Part shown: positions 56,124-64,000 of the stretch, piece after piece | How the letters are laid out: each line of letters starts with the position of its first letter | How positions within the stretch are numbered: position 1 is the first letter of the stretch | From: Macrostomum lignano | Taxonomy: Eukaryota | DNA: 64,000 nucleotides | Assembly (NCBI GenBank): GCA_002269645.1 | Contig: NIVC01001388.1 | Coordinates: 124,001 to 188,000 of the forward strand | Direction of reading: 5' to 3' | The notes under the pieces: generated by a model | What the model was told of the DNA's origin: nothing | The model's input: the letters and a program-made list of their open reading frames with translations, nothing else | Database searches by the model: none | Translations under genes and position numbers: made by a program

Positions 56124-56500
56124 TCTATCTAAATATACTAAATCTCTAAGGTTTGTATGTTTGTCCATAACGCTCTACAGATTGCAATTCTTCACCGATT
56201 TTCATTGCGTTTTTGCCAAAAGATTTGTAATCAGCCTGGGATTGTATGGTTAAAATTTCTTGTATCTGCTTCAATGCTAAAGGGATTAAATATTCGAAAA
56301 ACAGTTTTAAATGGGCGAATTCAATGCAAATTTTATCAGCGAGAAACTTCACAATCAATTTAATTGATTGCGCCAGAGCCAACTGATAAGAAAACTCACT
56401 GGGCCCACTGCCCAGATAATTACTCTATTTAACTTGCGTAACCAATTAAGGGGGGTATAATAAAAATTCTGGATGCTGGCAGACAGCCTACCCCAGCTAG
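56124..56500 (+). mobile_element. Non-autonomous Helitron-like element
   Basis: TCTATCTAAATATACTAAATCTCT start, GTTTGTATGTTTGTCC microsatellite, 3' hairpin followed by CTAG; near-identical copy at 62721-63073. Confidence 0.75.
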
Positions 56501-57339
56501 TTTTAGATGCTAAATACAGGATGACTAATGCATAGATTTTAAATGGCTTGTTAAAAATTGACAACTTAGATTATCAAATTGATTAGAACAAAAAGACAAA
56601 TTTGTAAACAGAACCCCAGACTTTGAGACATTGTCTTTTTAATATTTAGGACTAACTTGACTGTTTAAAAGACCAGATTGAGATAAAAATCCTATAGTTA
56701 GATAATGGTTTAAAAATGCTAATTTTAAATTATGCTCCTATCATTTTTACTAGAAGACTATTTTATATCTACAGAAATTTGAATTCAAAGAATCAAGAAA
56801 ATCACAATCATAGGATAAAATTCCATAAGTCTCATAAAAAAGTTGTGAAATCATGATTTTGTGATCACACTTATTATCACATCTGACCCTTAAATACAAA
56901 TAAATAATAATACCAAAATAGTAGGCCTAGCACCAAAATCCCAATGCTACCAAGGTATATCATACTTCATACATCAAGCACATAGAACAAAAAAATTGAC
57001 CAAGAAAAGTGCATATAACAGTGGATTTTTTTGCCAGAAAATTGCATATATTATTGGATTTAAATATAACAATAGTAATACTAAGGTCAATATTAATTGA
57101 TTAATAAGGTGCTCAAGGCCAAAAAAATTTTTAATGAGGTTTTGTACACATGTGCATTTAGTTTTTTACTTTCTGCTTAGCATAGAATGCATTATTTGTT
57201 TTTGGGATGAATTTCAACCTATATATACAAAGATAATTATAAATAGTAAATACTATAAAAAGTACAATAAACTTATTTAAGATACTAGAAAAGCTACACA
57301 GATTAAAAAAATTTTAATTCAAAATTTTTATTTTAATTC

Positions 57340-58857
57340 AAAATTAATTTTTCATTTGAACATGAACAGGGCCTACTAACTTTAAATGACAAAGAATAAC
57401 AACATTATGTTGTGGAAACCTTTGTAGGCCCCCTAGCATTTAGAAAAGCATGAAATTGAAATCGCCCCAAGGCGTGTAAGAAAGTGAAGCAACAACTGTC
57501 TTTTAGCAATTGCCTATGGTTAAAACTGTGTGTATATCACTAGAAAACGATGAAGTTCAAAAGTCAAAACTTTGAAGTTTGGTTTATAGCTAGGTTAATA
57601 GTGGGTAATCCAAAAGAATATGTTGCCAAAGGTGTTCTGTGGGTGCATCTTTGCCACATGAATTCCTCAAGATGACTCAAAGAGGGCCTGGCTTATACCA
57701 TGCATAGCTCGGAACTTTGCTTTACTTTGCCCATGTCTTTTCAATGAGGTTTATGTGCATAGTTAGGTCTTGAGAATTGACAAATGAGAGCTGGTGGTTG
57801 ACAACAGCATGATTCTGGAGCTGGGCATACCCTTGCCATTCATCAATAATCACACATGTGCTAGGGAGAAGCTTTGCTTCTATAGCCCACTACCAAATAA
57901 GATCTAGCAGCTGCTGCAGCGTAAGATGACTAGCTTAAAAAATGAGCCTTTCTGAATTGACACCTGGGCATGACAGCTGGTACATGCCCATGCCAGTCCA
58001 TACAAGAATCGGTCACCTATACAATGTTGCAATTGCATTTGTAGTGCCATTATACCACCGGCACTACCTCTAGGGCAGGTCAAGCAAGACCATTGGTTTG
58101 CAATAAGATGGTATATTGCCATCCAGTTGATAATATCTCAAGGTGTTGTCACATACATGTGCAACCTCCAAAATTCGGTCAGCCGTGCGACTTAGTTTTA
58201 ACAAAAATGCGACATAGTTTTTGGCCAAAAATGCGACTTACATATAAAAAAACCCGAAAGCAAAATTAACGCAACTTTGGGTAAACGGCAGGAGTAACTA
58301 TGACTGTTTTATTAAGCTAAAATGCCTCGTCAGCTACTTAGTACTACTCTTCAGGTTATTTTTTGGGTGGGCATTTTTGCGACTTCCTTGATTGGCCGCC
58401 AAATCGGTCGGCCGGATCGGCCGACTCGGCCGACTGTTGCGCATGTATGTGTTGTCATGAAAGTGGCAAGCTCCCGCATTATGAAATTAATGTTGCAAAG
58501 CTACAGTATGGGATGCACTTGCCTAGGGGGTACTATAAATGTAGGTGCTGCAAGGCGACCAGCCATGTCATTGAATATAATTATTTGTTTTTAAGTAGTA
58601 GCTAACTAAAAACTTAAGAGGACTTATAAATTATTTTCTTCGTACCCTTCTAGTGATATCCCCATAGTTTTAACCATAGACAGTTGCTAAAAGACAGTTG
58701 TTGCTTCATTTTCTTACTCGCCTTGGCACAATTTCAATTTCATGCTTTTCTAAATGCTAGGGGGCCTACAAAGGTTTCCACAACATAATGTTGTTATTCT
58801 TTGTCATTTAAAGTTAGTAGGCCCTGTTCATGTTCAAATGAAAAATTAATTTAATGA
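57340..58857 (-). mobile_element. Decayed Merlin (IS1595/ISXO2-like DDE) transposon with about 215-bp inverted repeats
   Basis: Inverted repeat about 57340-57555 vs 58640-58857. Minus-strand broken ORF: LAWACTSCHAQVSIQKGSFF (Zn finger), then LLPSTCVIIDEWQGYAQL..HAVVNHQLSFVN..MHINLIEKTWAK..KAKFRAMHG..LEEFMWQR. Stops, frameshifts and an internal deletion. An extra degenerate TIR subunit lies at 58860-59030. Confidence 0.8.
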
Positions 58858-59932
58858 ACAAAAGATGAAAATTGCAATTTCAATTTCATGCTTTTCTAAA
58901 TGCTACAAAAGTTTCCACAACATACTGTTATCATTTTTTTTCGTTTAAAGACTAAAGTGAGTAACTGTCTGTGTTCAAATGAAAAATTAATTTAACAAAC
59001 AAAAGAGTAAAATTGCAAAAAATACCTAGCTAGGGCCTACTATAGAAACTTGAAATTGCTCCAGCCTATTAATTCTGAGATATATATTAAGACAAAATAT
59101 ATTTTGGTATTAGAATAGTGATAAGTAGTGGTGAATGCTTATCATGGCCATCTAGATGATTATCATGCTTTCATAGTGGTAGGTCCTACACTAGACTACA
59201 GAGCAGCAGAAGCTAGATTTTTTGTTTAAAAATTAATAATAAGGCCTAATGGTTTAAAAATGCAACAACAAATCAACAAAATGACTTTTTTTCATTTAAT
59301 AATGTGAGTAGAAGTAAAAAACAAGCCTCTTCAATTAAGATCTACTACTACTCCCACGAGTCTATGATCACAAAATTGAATTAAAAACTAAGGCCTTAGA
59401 ATACAATACGAAAGTACGGTGCACAACGGTGGACTTCGCGCGTGACCTCACAAGGACAATTATTCAAGCACTCTTTTGACGATATAACCTTAGGATAAAA
59501 TATAAATTTAGGCTGACTTTTATTTATACTTTTAAAACAAATTTCATGTTAAATCGCATATGAATGTTGCACAACTATTTTTTATTGTATACTTTCTTTT
59601 ACTGAGTAATTCTGAGAAATTTTGTTAAAAAGATTATTCAAACGATGCATTTTCTTTGAAACATTAATTTAAGCTAACACCTACTTAAGTTAACTTAACA
59701 CTTAGCTTCAGTGTATTTTGTCATCCAGGCGCTAGGCGCGTGCATAATTGGCCACGGTGTCAGGTTCACAACTCAAATCTGTCCAACAAAAGACTGTGGA
59801 TTAAAGCGAATAATTCTCACAGCTTTTGAGTTAAGTTGAAGTGACAGGACATCCATTTTATAATATTATATAGGCCTAGCGCTAGCCTACTATAGTTTCA
59901 ATAAAAGTTTTACTAGAGCTAGAGAAAGGACA

Positions 59933-62271
59933 ATGTCTTCCGCATTTGAATCAAACAAAGCAGAAAGATTAATATCCTCGATAGGTTATGTACCTGATGA
60001 TGGAATCTCAGGACGAGAACTATTTAATAATGGAGATGGACTAACATACAAGTAAGATGTTTTCTTCTTATAAACTTTTGTCTATAAATATAAATTATAA
60101 GATTGCATAAACCTAGGACCTATAAAAATTTTCTTTATAATTTCATATAAGTTAATTATATGCCCTTATTATTTCACTATTGTTTTAGTTTTTATTTTAT
60201 ATTTTATTTAAAAAGTTAATAAAATGTATAATAAAATATAATTTTTTTACTTAAAAAAACTAATTATTAGCAACTATACACATTGATTATATAAACCTTT
60301 TATGTAAAAAATTGTGTTTTTTGAGAAAATAATAATATAAGAATTTAAATATATAAAAATATAGGCCTAGCCAAATTATTAAGATCTATCAACTTAACTC
60401 ATTGAAATAAAATAAATTGATTTATCTATTACAATATAAGGTAAACAGTTTTAGTGCACACAAAGTGTGAATAAACAATTATATTTTAATTTATTAAGGG
60501 CTATCTTTATAATTTTATGTACTTATCAATATATTTAAAAAGTTTTTGTATAATCCAAAACATAGATCTAAATGTAGATTATCTAAAGAGTAAATAATAG
60601 ATAGAAAATTGTTAGAAGGATAAGCAGTAACCAGTTGTTTTGCCTCTTAACTGTTTTGGCCACAAATGTTTTAACCCTAGATAATTTTGCCTATAGACTA
60701 TTTTGTCCCAAGCCAATTTAGTCACAGTTTGGACTAGTTTGGCCAAGCCAAAGCAGTACTAGCAACAAAAGCCTATTACAAATACTAAACCCTATTCTTT
60801 TTTCTAACCAATAGAATTTCGGCCCTCGGCCTTGGTTTAGGGGGGGGGAGTGGTGCCCGGAGTGAGTAGGTTCTCTGGACTGCAGTGTGGCTAGGACGGG
60901 ACTGAGCCCCCCGGTTGTACCCGCCCTGCAGGAAAGAATGACCAATTCACAAAGGTGTACGGTAGACCCAGTAGACTGCCAGCCCTGAGGCTGTGCACCC
61001 GGGCTGCAGGTCGGCAAGCTGCCTGCTCTAGGGCTATGGTGCTCCTCCCTTCTGCCATTCTTTTTTTCTGGGCTGGCATCCCAGCGCTGTTTTATCCCTT
61101 TAGCTTTGTGCCTTTGTGGCTTTTATTATTTTAATCTTTTATCTGGCCACTAGAAGCCTTCCAATCTTCGGAGTTATGAGCTCTGCCCTTGCCTGGTCCA
61201 TCTTGCCCTGTCCTCGGGTCTATCTCCTGGCTCCTGCTGAAGGTCCCTGCTTGCGTGTCTCTGGCTCTCATCCTGACAGTGGATTGGTGTCCTGGGAAGG
61301 ATGTTCGTCCCGAACCGGGGACAACCGGCTGAGTCCGGAGTCCTCTTGCCCTGGGTGTCTCTTCTCTCGACCCCTTGGCCTGGCCCCCAATATTGAGCTG
61401 GACAGGCGATGCCCTTGGGTTGGCAGCAATAGAGGTGTAGCAATATCCGACTGGAGTCTCCCCCTCGGATACAAGCCTTCCAGACTCACTCCAAAATAGA
61501 GCTGGGTAGTGAAAAGCCTTGAGGCTCAAGGCCTGCAGTTGTCCTGTGCTGTATAGGATCACTCTTGGTAATTAGCTGCCCAGACTCGCTCCAATAGTTT
61601 AAGCCATTTCCGTAGGTTTAGGAGTAACTCCTCACTCGGACCGCTTTCTTAGTAGTATCCCAAGCATTTCGCTCTCCAATTTTTCTGCGCACTCCCGAGG
61701 ACTCGCTAGCTGGGGGGGTGGCCTGGGTGGACTCGGTCCTAGCACCGTCCCTGATTCCACTGTTTGGGTTGGCGGTGTCTTGTACCGTAGGCTTGGGTCA
61801 ACTCGCCCACCCGCGCTTTGAGCCGGGTCCAATCCCAATGTATCCATCGGGTATCTTGGGCCCTGGACAGCTAATGCCTTGGCCCCTGGTAGTGCCCCTC
61901 AGCGGCAGAGCCCACCCCGGGCTGATCCGCGGGTAGCAAAGCTTCCCACCCCCGTTTAACAACAACAAAATTAGAATGAAGTATAAACAAACTACACAAA
62001 CATTCAATTTAACAAACATGTTATTGCTGAATTTTTGGAATCCAATTTTAGTGACCTCATCATACTGCCTGGCTTCATTGACTTCCCAGCTAGCATTGTT
62101 GACCTGACCTCACCACTGACCAAGACTCTCAGCATGAAAACTCCATTTGTGTCCTCGCCTATGGACACAGTGACAGAGAGCAATATGGCCATAGCACTGG
62201 CTCTATCTGGTGGCATTGGGGTGGTGCATCACAATTGCACACCGGAATTCCAGGCTAATGAGATTCGAAAG
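59933..62271 (+). CDS. IMPDH: Inosine-5'-monophosphate dehydrogenase, exons 1-2 (gene continues beyond the window)
   Basis: Exon 59933-60051 (MSSAF..GYVPDDG..GDGLTYN) joins in phase 2 to exon 62052-62271 ([55 protein letters not shown]). Confidence 0.93.
60815..61970 (+). mobile_element. GC-rich insertion in IMPDH intron 1, probably a decayed non-LTR retroelement
   Basis: Abrupt GC rise inside an AT-rich intron; (CAA)n-A tail at 61958-61970; faint RNase H-like words ([16 protein letters not shown]); no clear TSD. Confidence 0.45.
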
Positions 62272-62720
62272 GTAAATATGCATGCAGATTTTCAGGCACA
62301 CTTTAACCTACTAAATAAAAGTAGAGTAATATCGCTTTATTATTGTTGGAAATGACAAGCCAAGGCGAGCAATTGCTATGAGACGAGAAACACGAAAGCT
62401 CTGAGCCAATGCTCAGTGCGAAACTATTTATTATCAGCTATAAAGCACAAGCCCGCAACAACCCCCCAACCAGCCAGGACTAAAACTCACCGCACTGCAC
62501 ATCAGAGCACGATGAAAATAATAATTTGATGTGTACACTCAGACTGAACAAAAGTACAAGCACCAGTGGAATGAGCAATCAAATAACAAACAGTGCGAAG
62601 CCCCGCCCAAGCCTAACAATAATCTTCCAATGCTACATTGTGCTGCTAAATTATATATGCAATTCCATTTTCTATCTTTCTATCTTCTATCTTCTTCTAC
62701 ATCTTCTATCTTCTTCTTCT

Positions 62721-63073
62721 TCTATCTACATATACTAAATCTCTAATATTTGTTTGTTTGTATGTTTGTCCATAACGCTCTAGAGATCGCAATTCTCAAC
62801 CGATTTTGATCGCGATTTCGCCAAAAGATTTGTAATCAGCCTGGGATTGTATGGTTAAAATTTCTTGTATCTGCTTCAATGCTTAAGGGATTAAATATTC
62901 GAAAAACTGTTTTAAATGGGCTTTTTCAATGCAAATTTTATCAGCGAGAAACTTCACAGTCAATTTTAATTTATTGCGCCAGAGCCAACTGATAAGAAAA
63001 CTCACTGGGCCTCACTTAAAGGGGGGCAATAAAAATTTATTCTGGCTGCTGGCAGCCAGCTCTAATTAGCTAG
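62721..63073 (+). mobile_element. Non-autonomous Helitron-like element (second copy)
   Basis: Aligns with 56124-56500; hairpin GGCTGCTGGCAGCC then CTAG. Confidence 0.75.
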
Positions 63074-63101
63074 TCCATATACTAAAAATGGTCTGTCGGT
63101 A

Positions 63102-64000
63102 CGAGGGGTGATCAAAAAGTTCTGCAAGTGACCTCACAACTCAGTGCTACAGCAGCCGAGGCGTCTAATCAGTGTCACATTCCCTCAAAGTACTTTCCAC
63201 CACTATCTATGCACCTTTGCATGCGTGTGCACCATGTCTAAAAGCAGTCATGGTACTCCGAAATTGGTACACCCTGTAGAGCTGAATGTACCGCTTGGGC
63301 AAGGTATTGTATGCGTGAAAATGGCCTCCCAGAAATGACGGATTTGATCCTCGGGAACAGCCAAAATTCGCATGGTGCTAGGCCTAGAGAGTAGGGTGGA
63401 TGGGGCAGCAGCTGGACCCCCTGATGCTCCAGGTACGCCATGGTTGAAGCCGCTCTGTGTGGTGCCGCATTGTCATGGTGCAGCAGGAGTCGAGGTCCAT
63501 GCCTGGTTCGCGCACATTCCTGCCGATCTTGCAGCACTCCTGGCAGAACAGTGTCTGTGTAGTCCCTGGCAGTCACTGTGGCACCCGCTGGAAGGATGTT
63601 CACCGATACAACACCCTGAGAGTTGAAAAAATGGTGAATATCCGCTTCCGACTGCGGAATCCGGTCTTCAGCACCTTGGGCCTCGGGCTCATCTTCTGCC
63701 AGCCAGACCATGTTGGACTGCTTTTCCTTCATGGTAAAAGAAGGAGATCCAACATTTGTCTCCTGTGATGACATCTGACAGTCGTCGTGGGCCGTGGGGC
63801 TCAAACATTTGCAGCCAAAAGCGACAGATGCTCACCCTCTCTGCTTGCTGCTCCGGAGTGAGAAGATGGGGTACCCACCAAGCGCAGATCTTTGTGTGGT
63901 CCAGTTGCTCATGCATGATGTTATGAGCACTTCCATAGCTGACACCAAGCTCATAGGCAAGGAATCTCAGCATAATGCTCCAATCCTCACGAATTATTGC
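63102..64000 (-). mobile_element. Mariner (Tc1/mariner) transposon, defective transposase, truncated by the window end
   Basis: TA followed by TIR CGAGGGGTGATCAAAAAGTT at 63102. WVPHLL, VITGDK, LHHDNA, HPPYSLGLAPCEF motifs are split over two frames; the third catalytic D has become E and SPDL has become SLGL. Confidence 0.9.

Overview
Eukaryotic (animal) genomic DNA, not prokaryotic: GC-rich spliced exons with GT-AG introns, and minisatellite- and transposon-filled introns. The style fits a lophotrochozoan such as the flatworm Macrostomum (inference only). I reconstructed five genes exon by exon with consistent splice phases. (1) SK/KCNN small-conductance Ca2+-activated K+ channel, minus strand, 9 coding exons, about 832 aa. 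(2, 3) Two tandem, intact Reeler-DOMON-cytochrome b561 (FRRS1/SDR2-like ferric-chelate reductase) paralogues, minus strand, 12 exons each, 655 and 657 aa. (4) SLC17 sialin-like anion transporter, minus strand, 5 exons, 527 aa. (5) The first two exons of IMPDH, plus strand, divergent from SLC17. Mobile DNA includes two tRNA-headed SINE families, non-autonomous Helitrons, a decayed Merlin (IS1595-like) transposon, a Merlin-like MITE, Crypton-like foldback relics, LINE relics (one nested insertion with a 12-bp TSD) and a decayed mariner. Nearly every long intron holds its own minisatellite, and the long six-frame ORFs over these arrays are artefacts. The most intriguing observation is that SK introns 1, 3 and 5 carry related 20-nt minisatellites in opposite orientations. 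Introns 1 and 5 are 17/20 complementary in register and bracket a 762-nt, phase-0/phase-0, stop-free exon block. This resembles inverted-Alu architecture and could drive back-splicing, exon skipping or editing; it is a hypothesis and untested.
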